Below, piece by piece: positions 52,206 to 64,000 of a stretch of DNA of 64,000 nt. The notes beneath the pieces were generated by a model. That model saw only the letters and a program-made list of their open reading frames with translations. It was not told the origin of the DNA and did not search any database. Source of the DNA: Octopus vulgaris (lineage: Eukaryota); the NCBI GenBank assembly GCA_951406725.2, contig OX597814.1:184326001-184390000 (forward strand), given 5' to 3'. Each line of letters starts with the position of its first letter. Positions within the stretch are counted from its first letter, which is position 1. The translations under genes and the position numbers were made by a program.

Positions 52206-53261
52206 GAAGGATGGAGTTCAACTGTATCGAAATAGTTGCCAGCTGACGACTATTCTCAGGTGTGATCTGGTTACTACGTTACTGTTGTGTGTGCGGGAGA
52301 TTTGAAATAGAGACACCTATCTTCTCTTCGTCGATGCAAACCTCTCCGGCGGTAACGCACCCTTCCACGTGGCCCGACCCGAACGCTAAAAATAGCAGCT
52401 GCTTTCCCCTACCTTGACAAAGCGCTCACGAGTCCAGCACTACCCCGATCGAAAAGGCCCAATGCTCCCCTGCCTGCGAGCGCATCACTCCTGCCCCTTC
52501 CTCTTCCGGTTAGCCCCAAGTTCCGGTCAGCTCCCCAGCTGCTGACATCATCCCACAATTAAATGGGATTTTTTATCTGTTACGTTTCTGCCATGGGCTG
52601 CATCGCCCCTTCATAGACAACCTGGTCCTGATCAGCTCCCTCACCAGCTCCATATTGATGCTGTGCTTAGCGTCGATACACAATCGCCATAGAAGACTGA
52701 ATACCAGGTCTGTTGTACTCAAACCTTCCAAGCAGCCAAAGCTCCTAGTGGCTGGATTATAGGTACGTCACAAGAAAGAAGGATAAAAAGGAAAAGAAAA
52801 ATGGAAGACAGAAAGAAAGAAAGAAAGAAAGAAAGAATGCTAGAGAGAAAAAGATTGTGTATTGTTGTTATTTGATATTTGTCTGCTCTGTGCTGGAGGA
52901 GTGAGTCAAACCTAATGCATTTTACGAATTTTCCTTGCCAAGAACCCGAGCTGTGTGATACTATTAAATGGCCTGTAACGCTGATTCCCTTGCCAATCTC
53001 AGGAATGTCCATGACGCTAGGGGAGTTAAAAAGTGAACAGAAGATGGTTATTTATTATCACGTTCTCCGCCTTAAGAAACTTAAGTACGTACGTCCCTAA
53101 CGATATGTATTGACATTTATGAAACGTTTAGACACCTACACCTCTCGTATACATTCGTGAATAAGCAATGGTAAACACTCACGCGCATTCATTGTAACTA
53201 TATATGTATGCATGCATCCGTACATATATTTATGGATGCATAGGTGCGCGTATGTATGTAT

Positions 53262-53512
53262 ATATTGGACAGCCATGAAACGATCGTATATATATATATA
53301 TATATTTAATATTATTATATATATATATATTACTCGAATTATTACGAATTGGACAGCCATGAAACGATCGTAGTGTTTTACTCATTATCTTTTATTAAAC
53401 TTTTAATACTTTTGAGATATATATTTAAAATAATATAAATTAATTAATTTTATGTATTGGCTTAAGTTTTTCATTGTTTGATTTGCCTAATAGTGGTTTT
53501 ATCTCTAATTTA
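53262..53512 (+). mobile_element. Truncated PLE-type pseudo-LTR with duplicated hammerhead 3' half
   Basis: ATTGGACAGCCATGAAACGATCGTA occurs twice; the end GTGGTTTTATCTCTAATT is shared with 63450-63570 (minus). Confidence 0.55.
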
Positions 53513-53565
53513 ATATAATATTATATATATATATATATATATACATACATACATACATACATACA

Positions 53566-53598
<33 letters not shown>

Positions 53599-54029
53599 GC
53601 GATTTACATATGTATACATAAGCAGGATTGTAGGATTGTATACTTGAATGATTTTCTTTGGGATATATTTTCGGACCTTCGCAGAATTCAAACCAGTTAG
53701 TAACAACAGGATCAGGCATTGTTTGTTTAGAATAAGGTAATTCTAAGGATCTGTGCGTGTATGTCCGTGCGTCCGTGTGTGTCTATGTGTGTGTATGGGT
53801 GTACACTTGTACCTGTATAATAGACGTGCACGTACCTCTTGTACACGAGTCTTAGTTTTTCATTACCCTTTATGTGTATGTGAGTATGACAGCTACACGT
53901 ATGATGGTGCCTATTTTCATTTCAGCAAACACTTTTCCCCCATCCTATTACGCGATTGGATTTGGAATACACGGGTTAGCTTTTTTACTTTTTCTTGTAT
54001 TTAGTATTTCTTGTATGTATGTATGTATG

Positions 54030-54340
54030 TTTGTCATTATTCAATTTTATTTCAAGATTTGTTGCCAATAGAAAAGAGCTGGTTTCTAACCTAGTACAAA
54101 TGCTCCTTCATTGGAATTTCAACATCAACATCAGGGTATGCAAGTATGTTTGTATCTATATATGTATGCATGTATGTATGTATGTATGTATGTATGTATG
54201 TATGTATGTATGTATGTATGTATGTACGCATGTATGTATGTCATTATTCAGTTTCAAAATTTCTTGCCAATAGAGAAAGAGCCGGTTTCTTACATAGATT
54301 CTAGGCTACTTCATTGAATTTCAACACCAGCAGGGTATTT
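54030..54340 (+). repeat. (TATG)n-associated dispersed repeat, two tandem copies (third at about 55650-55730)
   Basis: TCATTATTCA.TTT...TTGCCAATAGA.AA.GAGC.GGTTTCT.AC.TAG...GAATTTCAACA.CA.CAGGGTAT. Confidence 0.75.
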
Positions 54341-54575
54341 TTGTATGTATGTATGTATGTATGTATGTATGTATGTATGTATGTATGTATGTATGTATGT
54401 ATGTATCTATGTATGTATGTATGTATGTATGTATGTATGTATGTATGTATGTATGTACGTATGTATGTTTGTATGTAACGGAAAGCTTTATGAAAATAGA
54501 CAAAAGACGAAGGCAGGTGGAAAACAAACAAACAATTGTATTAGTATGGCGCTCAGGAAATATAAATAAAACAAG

Positions 54576-54613
54576 TCTTTAACGTTTCGAGCCTACGCTC
54601 TTCAACAGAAAGA
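54576..54613 (-). ncRNA. Minimal hammerhead-like motif (A6U core variant)
   Basis: Minus strand UCUUU-CUGUUGA-A-GAG-CGUAGG-CUC-GAAA-CGUU-AAAGA. Confidence 0.55.
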
Positions 54614-54774
54614 TACACAGAGAGAAAAAAACACAGAAAGAAGGAGAGAAAAAAATGCGTGCAGTAACTAACGAATCAACATGGCGATCTGATTTCGGCC
54701 AGAAGTCAAAGATCAAACATGAGACGCGAGAGCGAAATTAGGGGAGATAATAGGGTTGGATGACCAGCTCCAAC

Positions 54775-55155
54775 ATAAGGGTGTGTGTGTGTGTGTGTGT
54801 ATGAGAGAGTATTAGTGCGTATGAGAGGTCTGGACGTGTGTATGTATAGGGTTGGTGTATGTATTAGTATGTATTAGTATGTATAAGGGTGTGTGTGTGT
54901 GTGTGTGTATGAGAGAGTATTAGTGCGTATGAGGGGTCTGGACGTGTGTATGTATAGGGTTGGTGTATGTATTAGTATGTATTAGTATGTATTAGTATGT
55001 ATTAGTACGTATTAGTATGTATAAGTGTGTGTGTGTGTGTATGAGAGAGTATTAGTGCGTATGAGAGGTCTGGACGTGTGTATGTATAGGGTTGGTGTAT
55101 GTATTAGTATGTATTAGTATATATTAGTATGTATTAGTTGGTGTATGTATTAGTA
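54775..55155. repeat. Three tandem units of about 110-130 bp inside the PLE 3' UTR
   Basis: (GT)n-ATGAGAGAGTATTAGTGCGTATGAG.GGTCTGGACGTGTGTATGTATAGGGTTGGTGTAT-(GTATTAGTAT)n. Confidence 0.92.
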
Positions 55156-56045
55156 TGGCACATCATATATGATGTGATGTGTAAAGTCGTGTGGTGTAGT
55201 GTGGAGAGAGGAGAAGAGGGGGAGGGGAGGGGGAGAGAGGGGGAGAGAGGGGGAGGAGGATGGGGAGGAGGATGGGAGGAGGAAGGAGGAGGAAGGAGGA
55301 AAGAGGGAGAGGGGGAGAGAGAAGGGGAGTGAGGGAGCAGAGGGAAGGGGAAGAGGGAAGGAGGGAGGGAGAAAGAGGGAAGAAGGGAAGGGGAGTAGGG
55401 GTGAAAGGATGAAGGACTGAAGAAGTAGGGGTCGGGGGAGAAGGTAGGTGAGGAGGGGGAGAGTTGAGACCAAATGGCGTATAAGAGCGAAGAGAAGATT
55501 AATTCCTGTTCACGGCGCAAACGGGAATCCGGATGGCCTCTGTGTAAGAACAAACCGAACACAGATAGGTGTTGCAAGGAGTGACCGGTGGAGCGGAAAT
55601 GGCGTGAGACCGGTGTGTCGTTCGGTATGTATTTATGTATGTATGGTTCTCTTCTATTTTAAATTATTTAAATTCTTCCTGTGAGGCAAGAGCTGGTTTC
55701 TAACACAGGTACAAAACTCCATCATTAGAACATAGATAACAAAATAATGCCGCATTTTCAACTCGAGAAAAGTTTTGCATATATTTACTGTTCCACTTAG
55801 TTTGTATTTCTAATGTACAAGTTGTTTCATTTCATTTCTTTTCCTGAAAATTCAAGTTTATGTAGACTGTCAGTTAAATATTTACTCAGAAAATCCAGTG
55901 GAACAATTATTTGCAATCTGAGAATAGAAACTGGATGTTTCCAAACAGTTGTCCATAGTTACCTTTTTCCCCTTGATTTTCGAAGAACAGCTGATCTCTA
56001 TGACGGTACATAAGAGGTGGTATCCGAAGGTTCCTGCTCGACTTA

Positions 56046-56561
56046 TCTATATATATAAAACTGTAGTTGTGTGAGTGTCTGTCTCCTACGATTTAGATTC
56101 CTAACTCCTCCCACATTTTGCGGTGCAGTTTAACCAAATTCGGGTATCTTATAGTCGTGATTCATATCGAGCCCGTCTGAGTATTAGTGCGCGTCTACAA
56201 TGAGTCTACGATTTTAAAAATAATTTAACATCATTTTTTATTCCATTTTAATGCATAATTTTTCGTGTGTCGATGGCGGCGGAGTTGGCGTCCACGCTCA
56301 AACACCTGCACCTGTGTTTGCTTCTCCCCCTTTTTTCTCCCTCGTGAAGCTGTGGGGAAGGGAGTTTAAGGAAATCAACGTCGTAATGCGTTGTCAAGGA
56401 GACCAGCGTTCTTTTAGAACAACGACTTCATGGCTTGAAGACACCAAAACAGAAATGGCTAAGAAAGCCCGAATTGGCATCTATAAAGGAAGTAACTCTC
56501 TAAAAATGCTTATATAGTTATTTCCATTACAAACCCGAGCAACGCCGGGCGATCCTGCTAG
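56046..56561 (+). mobile_element. Non-autonomous Helitron copy 1
   Basis: A|TCTATATATATAAAA ... hairpin CCCGAGCAACGCCGGG, CTAG|T; no TSD. Confidence 0.9.
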
Positions 56562-56724
56562 TTATAACATAAATAAATTATTGGATTGTCAAGTGGATCT
56601 TCTATATAATCTATTGTTTGTAATTTGCATTACACCCGTATTTATGTGGTATTCAACTGACGTACAAATGAATTGAATGTTTTACACACCCCTTTGGGGG
56701 AATTTCTTTCCATAGTTTGTAACT

Positions 56725-56769
<45 letters not shown>

Positions 56770-56770
<1 letters not shown>

Positions 56771-57166
56771 CTATATATATAAAAGTAAGGTTGTGTGTCT
56801 GTCTCCTACGATTTAGATTCCTAACTACTCCTACATTTTGCGGTGCAGTTTAACCAAAACCGGGTATCTTATAGTTGTGATTCATATCGAGCCCTTCTGG
56901 GTATTAGCGCGCGTCTACGGTGAGTCTACGATTTAAAAAAAAATTTACCATCATTTTTTTTCCATTTTAATGCATTTTTTCGCTATTATATAAGGGAAGT
57001 AAGTCTCTAAAAATGTCTACAATGAGTCAACGATTTTTAAAAACATTTACCATCATTTTTTTCCATTTTTAATGCATTTTTTGCTATTTTTTGGCTATAA
57101 CTCTCTAAAAATGCTTATATAGTTATTTCCCTTACAAACCGGAGCAACGCCGGGCGATACTGCTAG
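56770..57166 (+). mobile_element. Non-autonomous Helitron copy 2, same family, with an internal duplication
   Basis: A|TCTATATATATAAAA ... CCGGAGCAACGCCGGG..CTAG|T. Confidence 0.9.
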
Positions 57167-58096
57167 TGTTTGATAAAAAAAATAACTTATTTACCTAAGT
57201 TTTAGCATAATCTGCTTCAAAATAGTCATTTTGTGCAGTAATACACCGATCCCAACGTTTCTGCCGCTTTGGGAATCCGGCCGAGAAAATCGTTTTCCGT
57301 AATCGAGTCGAAGATCTTCTGCGATTCGTTATGGATCTCAACAATAGTGGTAAAACGGCGACCTTTGAGTTGCATTTTCATCTTGGGGAAGTGATGGAAG
57401 TCTGCGGGTGCTAAATTTGGCGAGTAGGGCGAATATGGAAGCGATACCATGTTGTCTTTGGCAAGAAACTTACTATTGAGGGGAGCTCGCTGAAGAATTC
57501 AAATTCTTCACGCTCCCCAGATTCGGTAGCTTTCGCCGAATGTCTTTCCACAGACGTTTCAAAACGTCGCAGTTGAAATTTCGATTGATGACCTGGTCCT
57601 AGGGAACGAATTCTCAATGTACAATACCACATTTCCAAGGGTGACGCTCGTGGCAGGTCTTCCAGATCTGTCACCGTCTTTCAGGGATGTTCTTTTCTTC
57701 CGCTTTTGAAGCGTTCGTGCCATTCGAAACATTGCGTGCGATCCATTGCCTCTTGCCGAAGCATGTCCAATGTCTCTGTAGCAGACCTCCCAAGTTTAAT
57801 GCAAAATTTCGCTTGTGGAACTTTGCTCCCGTCCATGACAAAATCACAGACTATATCGTACACGTGATCACAAAATCTCAAATTGCACAACGTGCGAAAT
57901 AAACACAGCAATGTCACTCAACACACTGCCTCATGAAGGTCACTGCTAGCTATCACTGCGCGCGCAACCATGTGCTGCCACCTGTTGGGGCGCTACAGAA
58001 CTAGTCCGGGAATTTTATCATACCACTTCATACATTTTCTTGTTTGTCCCATGTATGTATGCATGCATGTGTGCGTGTGTGTGTTTATGTATCTAT

Positions 58097-58130
<34 letters not shown>

Positions 58131-58350
58131 CGTATGTATGTATGTACGTATGTACGTATGTACGTATGTATGTATGTATGTATGTATGTATGCATGTATG
58201 TATGTATCTATGTAGAGTAAAGACGTACGTATGCAATATAGAGTGTAAAAACAATTTTGATAGTTGCGGTTATCCATACAGTTAGCTGATCAGAAAAAGT
58301 ATTCACCCAGGATTATTTCAAAGCTAAACACCCAGCCGTACATGTGTGTG

Positions 58351-58409
<59 letters not shown>

Positions 58410-58997
58410 GTTTATGTAGTCGTAGATGTGTTCTATCTGAAAAGTAGATAGAATGATCACATCTGAAATGCTTTTGATCATTGGTCTGTTCATTTCGATC
58501 TGACCAAACGATAAACAACTCAAGAACCACAACAAGGACAGCAGCAACAAAAATTTATGGCTATACAGAAATTGATATGAGACAGGATTTGAAACTTATC
58601 GGTAGAGGGGCTCCGAAAGGGATCTCACGGTGTAGCATCCCTGCCTTCCTGAGCTAGTTTTCCATCACATTTCTTAAGAATCGTGGTAGAGGCCACATTT
58701 CTAGAAACTGAGGCTGGGGTTAAACATGGGCATGCTCCTCGTGGAAAATCCAGCTCCAAAAGAGCCTCATGAAAGCAAAGGAGAATGGGCACCAGCCAGC
58801 CCATAATGGATCACATATGCTCTTTCTAATCTAATGTTGTTGTTTCTGTCACTTGGAGAGATGCGGGTAATCTAATTATATCCGACTATTACTTTTGCTT
58901 AGTTCACAAGCGTGTTATATATGCGCATGTCTGAATATTAGTGTGTGTGTGTGTGTAAGTATGTAGATTCGCATGTATGAGTGTGTGTGTGTGGTAT

Positions 58998-59756
58998 ACT
59001 CTTTTACTCTTTTACTTGTTTCAGTCATTTGACTGTGGCCATGCTGTAGCACCGCCTTTAATCGAGCAACTCGACCACAGGACTTATTCTTCTTGTAAGC
59101 CCCGTACTTATTCTATCGGTCTCTTTTGCCGAACAGCTAAGTAACGGGGACATAAACACACCAGCATCGGTTGTCAAGCAATGCTAGGGGGACAAACACA
59201 GACACACAAACACATACACACACATACATATATATATATATATAAATATATACGACAGGCTTCTTTCAGTTTCCGTCTACCAAATCCACTCACAAGGCAT
59301 TGGTCGGCCCGGGGCTATAGCAGAAGACACTTGCCCAAGATGCCACGCAGTGGGACTGAACCCGGAACCATATGGTTGGTTAGCAAGCTACTTACCACAC
59401 AGCCACTCCTGCGCCTATGTTTATTTTCAGAGTATGATGGTTGGTTTTTCGCCTGTGAATTTGTTTCACTTTAAATTTGATGGGGGGGGGGGGGCAGAAT
59501 CTATGTCATTTCTAAACCCTCTCTCTTTTACTCTTTTACTTGTTTCAGTCATGTAACTATGGCCATGCTGAAGCACTGCCTTTAGTCGAGCAAATCATCG
59601 ACCCCAGGACTTATTCTTTTTAGAAGACTAGTACTTATTCTATCGGTCTCTTTTGCCGAACTGCTACGTTACGGGGACATAAACACACCAGCATCGGTTG
59701 TCAAGCGATGTTGGAGGGACAAACACAGACACACAAACATACACATACATGCACAC

Positions 59757-59811
<55 letters not shown>

Positions 59812-59982
59812 CATACATATATACGACGGGCTTCTTTCAGTTTCCGTCCACCAAAGCCACTCACAAGGCTTTGGTCGGCCCGAGGCTATAGTAGAAGACA
59901 CTCACCCAAGGTGTCACACAGTGGTGTTGAACCCGGAACCATGTGGTTAGTAAGCAAGCTACTTACCACACAGCTACTCCTG
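58998..59982 (-). mobile_element. Two full-length SINE family A copies (58998-59417 and 59521-59982)
   Basis: Each has head, internal microsatellite and tail. Confidence 0.93.
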
Positions 59983-60317
59983 TTGAATAACCTTTGACCA
60001 AAATTGTATCCCAGCCGTGACAATTCGTGTTATTTTCCAATGTGTATGGCATCCTGATCACATTATCCGGTGTGCCTTTACCTGAAACGATAGTTTGAGA
60101 TTTGGTTGCTATTTCTAGCTGGTTGAATGATCATGCAGTGGTTCTCACGATGATATTTAGTATCATTCCTTACTTTCTCATTTCACAAAAAAATCAACTG
60201 TGATATACTTTGACTTCTGTTCCGCTGGGAGCGATCAAATAAACACGATAATTACGATAATACACTTCATTCAATCGTCTATAAATGATTCCTTGTATCT
60301 TTTATAAATTGTTATTG

Positions 60318-60318
60318 C

Positions 60319-60376
<58 letters not shown>

Positions 60377-60464
60377 ACGGTGGTGGTGGTGGTGGTGGTG
60401 GTGGTGGTGGTAGTAGTAGCAGCAGTAGTAGTGGTAGTAGCAGCAGCAGCAGTAATAGTGGTAC

Positions 60465-60502
<38 letters not shown>

Positions 60503-60770
60503 ACGGTGGTGGTGGTAATAGTAGTAGTAGTAGTAACTGTGGTGGTGGTAATAGTAGTAGTAGTAGTAGTAACTGTGGTGGTGGTAATAGTAGTAGTAGT
60601 AGTAACGGTGGTGGTGGTAATAGTAGTAGTAGTAGTAGTAGTAGTAGTAACGGTGGTGGTGGTAATAGTAGTAGTAGTAGTAACGGTGGTGGTGGTATTA
60701 GTAGTAGTAGTAGTAGTAGTAGTAACGGTGGTGGTGGTAGTAGTAGTAGTAGCAGTGGTGGTAGCAGAGA
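60318..60770. repeat. Compound trinucleotide array with a higher-order unit (GTA)n-ACG/ACT-(GTG)n-GTA-ATA
   Basis: Visible directly; explains the poly-Thr and poly-Val ORFs. Confidence 0.93.
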
Positions 60771-61748
60771 TGGTGATGGCCGTAATATTTGTTGTAGTGT
60801 TCGGTGATGGTAGCGACGGCGGCGATGTCTGTAGACGTCTATTGGTGTTATTGTTGATGTTCATAACATTGTCATTAATCAGTCACTTGACACTAAGTTA
60901 TTTCGATGATAACAATCAAGTACAGTAAAATAAATAGTAAACAGGAAAAAAACAACAACAATAACAACAACACAGAACACAACACGGGAATGATATCAAA
61001 TACAAAATCTCGGTGACACTCCCTATGCAAGACATTCCACGAAATGAATAAACTTTTTGTACCCACTTCCTACTGATATAAAATATACAGAAATTGTAGG
61101 AACAAACAAACAAGATCAAGATCAATGCTACATATTATATGCAAGTTAACATCTATAAACACATAACAGAATCGGATAGCTTCAAACTACGCTACGGACT
61201 TACATTTAAACAAAGAGCCGATGTAGATATGAAGCGTGTATGTGGAACATGAGAATAATGACATTCTCAAATTCGCAAAAACTGTTTCTGGTTTACTTAT
61301 GATCTTTTTTTGTCTTATAAGTTTGTTAGACAAGCAGAGATATAATCTCTTAGATTTCCAGGTCCTTCAGGTCCGGTTTGATTGATGCAGAAAGTGGATA
61401 TGGGGGTTTAGAGAAGTTCTAGAATTGGGTTCTGTTTTGGAAAGGAAAATTTGATCAAAGTGTTTATCGCGAGATTTGGTGAATAAAATAGGATAGAATT
61501 GACGTAAGCAAACAAGGTCGAGCGATCAGGGTGGAGCGGAGTTGAGACGAGATATACAGCGAATTAGACCGTTAGGAGAGACCGTTGCACTAACGGGAGA
61601 AGGTGTGACGAAAGCAAAAAGAGAAAAACAATGAATATCTAAGTTAGTAATTGTAACAAATTTATACGTGAATTTTTGACAATGGACTTAATAACATTCG
61701 TTTAAACTCTGTCGGGAAAGTTTGGCAAATGGTTTCTTCTTTTCTTAT

Positions 61749-61980
61749 AAGGCGGCGAGCTGGCAGAAACGTTAGCACGCCGGGCGAAATGCTTAGCGGT
61801 ATTTCGTCTGCATTACGTTGTGAGTTCAAATTCCGCCGAGGTCGACTTTGCCTTTCATCCTTTCGGGGTCGATAAATTAAGTACCATTTACGCACTGGGG
61901 TCGATGTAATCGACTTAATAACTATGTCTGTCCTTGTTTGTCCGCTCTGTGTTTAGCCCCTTGTGGGTAATAAAGAAATA
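61749..61980 (+). mobile_element. SINE family B monomer with a 14-bp TSD
   Basis: TSD GGTTTCTTCTTTTC at 61731-61744 and 61981-61994. Confidence 0.93.
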
Positions 61981-62569
61981 GGTTTCTTCTTTTCAGGAAA
62001 CATCGAAGACCAACAAATCCGTCAGTGCTTACTTCAGGTTTCTGGAAGTTCAAGTAGAACTCACTTATTTCCATCGGTTACAATAAAAAGAATGTTGTAG
62101 AAAAATTTCATACTATATCAAATTAGGTTTCTCCTCCGAAGGGCCAGGTCTCTGTAATAGCTCCTTTATCAACTCCTTATCATAGTTCCTTTATCAGCTC
62201 TCTATTATAGTTCTTTATTAACGGATTACATTCAAATATCGCTTTACATATCTAACTTATAAATTAAGTAAAGAGGATTAGTATAGTACCATGCTGATAG
62301 CATAGTCAGGATATTTAATAATTGTCCCTTAATCTTATAAATTGAAGCGCTATAAAGTCGCCTTTTCCATAAGACAATTTGATGGATGCTGCAAAAAACA
62401 ACTCCGTCAATTCGCCTAAAACTATTGCGATTGATTTACATATAAAGGAAATTTTATATCATTTGTCCTCACTTTTTCATATGGTTCTCTCTTGAGTCAT
62501 ATACTTAATGCGTTAAATCTATAAAGAATCTGTATGTGTGTATACATATAGATATGTGTGTGCGTGTGT

Positions 62570-62620
<51 letters not shown>

Positions 62621-63581
62621 TGTGTGTGTGTATGTGCGTGCAAGCGTGTATATATATATATATATATACATATGTGTACTCACGCGCGTGTGTATGTGTG
62701 TAAGTCGTCTAAAAAATCATAAATCATGAAAAAATTCTTTCGTATATCTGTCAGATCGAAGTGTTCAGCATTATAAATACATTACGGCAGATATTACCAA
62801 TTGGTTTCTTACTAGGGGTCCAACGGAGTGTTAGTTAACAGTCTGATTATGTAAACCAGCGCTCTTCAGAGATAGAAGTTATAGAATGAAATATGGTGAC
62901 TGCTCTCTATTGCTGAAGATGAGGTTGCTGTGAAAAAGACGATGAAATGAACTGAGCAAGGGTTTGGCTAAGAGTTATGTCCCTTGGTTCAAAAAAACCT
63001 CATCTATGGATGTTGCAAGGCGAGAAGAATTTTCTGCCAAAAGGTTTATGGGAAATGTGTGTATTATTGATTTTGGTGCTCTTGTAGAAATGGAATGTGA
63101 TTAATGGTACTATATTTATTTATAACGTTTGCAGCGGGTATTGGAGGATCAAAGGCCGATTACACATCTGTGTGTTTTTTTTACTTTTATGTTTTGACTT
63201 AATTCTTGGGGCGTTTATTTATACATGCAGGGTATGTAGGATACAATAGCTATGAGGGTTTATATTGGGGGTGGGATGGACAATGGTCTGCTGGGTGAAT
63301 GTCAGCCCTGTTAGGCTGTGTGTATTTGTGGGTACTTTCGTGTATAATCTGTTCTCTGTTGAACTTTTAGTGCGAAACCGATCGGTAAGTTCGGCCGTAA
63401 TAGATATATAATAATGTACATTTCAATTAATATATATATATTTATAAATTGAATTAGAGATAAAACCACAGTGAAAAACTAAAGATATATATAACTATCA
63501 GAAATTATTAAAAAGTTTAATATAAGATAACAAGTAAAAACCACTACGTACGTTTCATAGCCATAACCTAATTCAAATTAC

Positions 63582-63631
<50 letters not shown>

Positions 63632-63633
<2 letters not shown>

Positions 63634-64000
63634 CGCAAGGATGTGGAACAAATAAAGTATTATTGGACGCTCAGGAAAGAAGGGAAGAAGGAGGGTTTAA
63701 CGTTTCGAGCGGAGCTCTTCGTCGGAAACATAGGAGAAGGAAAAATCCCGAGAAGGGAAGACAGAGGGAAAAAAAATCGCCTGTGGTACTCACGAGGTCA
63801 CATACTGAAAGACGGAAGTAGTAAGGTAGAGGAATAATGTTTTTTAAAAACAGGAGAGTTTATCAAAGACAGTATGGTAAAGAAAGTGAGAGGGGGAATG
63901 TGTGTGGGTGGGTGCGTGCGGGGAGGTCAGCGTGTGCGCGTGTGTGCGTGTATGTGTGCAATGATGACACGTGTGTGTATGTGTGTGTGCGTGTGTGTGT
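63632..64000 (-). mobile_element. PLE-type 3' end/pseudo-LTR running off the window, with HHR-like motif at 63695-63729
   Basis: Minus strand GUUU-CCGACGA-A-GAGC-UCC-GCUC-GAAA-CGUU-AAAC; homologous to 18844-19002; abuts (TA)n. Confidence 0.72.

Larger units (their letters stand above)
54475..55622 (-). mobile_element. Penelope-like element 3' end (GIY-YIG C-terminus, minisatellite, pseudo-LTR)
   Basis: TPVSRHFRSTGHSLQHLSVFGLFLHRGHPDSRLRREQELIF, nearly identical to the 39.2 kb copy; HHR-like motif at 54576-54613. Confidence 0.9.
56013..58030 (-). mobile_element. Internally deleted mariner element interrupted by a composite Helitron
   Basis: TA TSDs at 56011-12 and 58031-32; TIRs AGAGGTGGTATCCGAAGGTTCC and reverse-complement TGAAGTGGTATGATAAAATTCCCGGACT; KFCIKLGRSATETLDML..FEWHERFKSGR, YSPNLAPADF, LKGRRF. 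Confidence 0.88.

Noticed and set aside
60271-60928. Mucin-like poly-Thr and poly-Val ORFs
   Set aside because: Trinucleotide array with no signal peptide or splice context; similar arrays occur throughout the window.
61100-61260. ITESDSFKLRY resembling a GIY-YIG segment
   Set aside because: Isolated, with no supporting neighbouring motifs.

Overview
AT-rich, very repeat-dense eukaryotic DNA with no host protein-coding exon that I can support. It reads as intronic or intergenic. The SINE, Penelope and mariner families and the microsatellite load resemble a coleoid cephalopod (Octopus-like), which is inference from recognition only. Nearly all ORFs in the track are microsatellite or SINE artefacts. 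Supported content: three abundant tRNA-derived SINE families (here called A, B, C) with dozens of copies, several with clear target-site duplications (TSDs); Penelope-like elements (PLEs: one RT+GIY-YIG remnant, a second GIY-YIG 3' end, another RT remnant and solo pseudo-LTRs); HERO-, RTE- and CR1/Jockey-type LINE remnants; mariner/Tc1 remnants and MITEs; four non-autonomous Helitron-like elements; and several diverged fold-back palindromes. Most notable: about ten minimal hammerhead-ribozyme-like (HHR) motifs, one inside a TSD-flanked tRNA-headed SINE and one at the centre of a fold-back; concatemeric SINEs with a fixed junction inserted as one unit; a composite double Helitron splitting a mariner end; and a covarying 3' stem-loop shared by a CR1-type LINE and SINE A. 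All coordinates and translations were read by eye.
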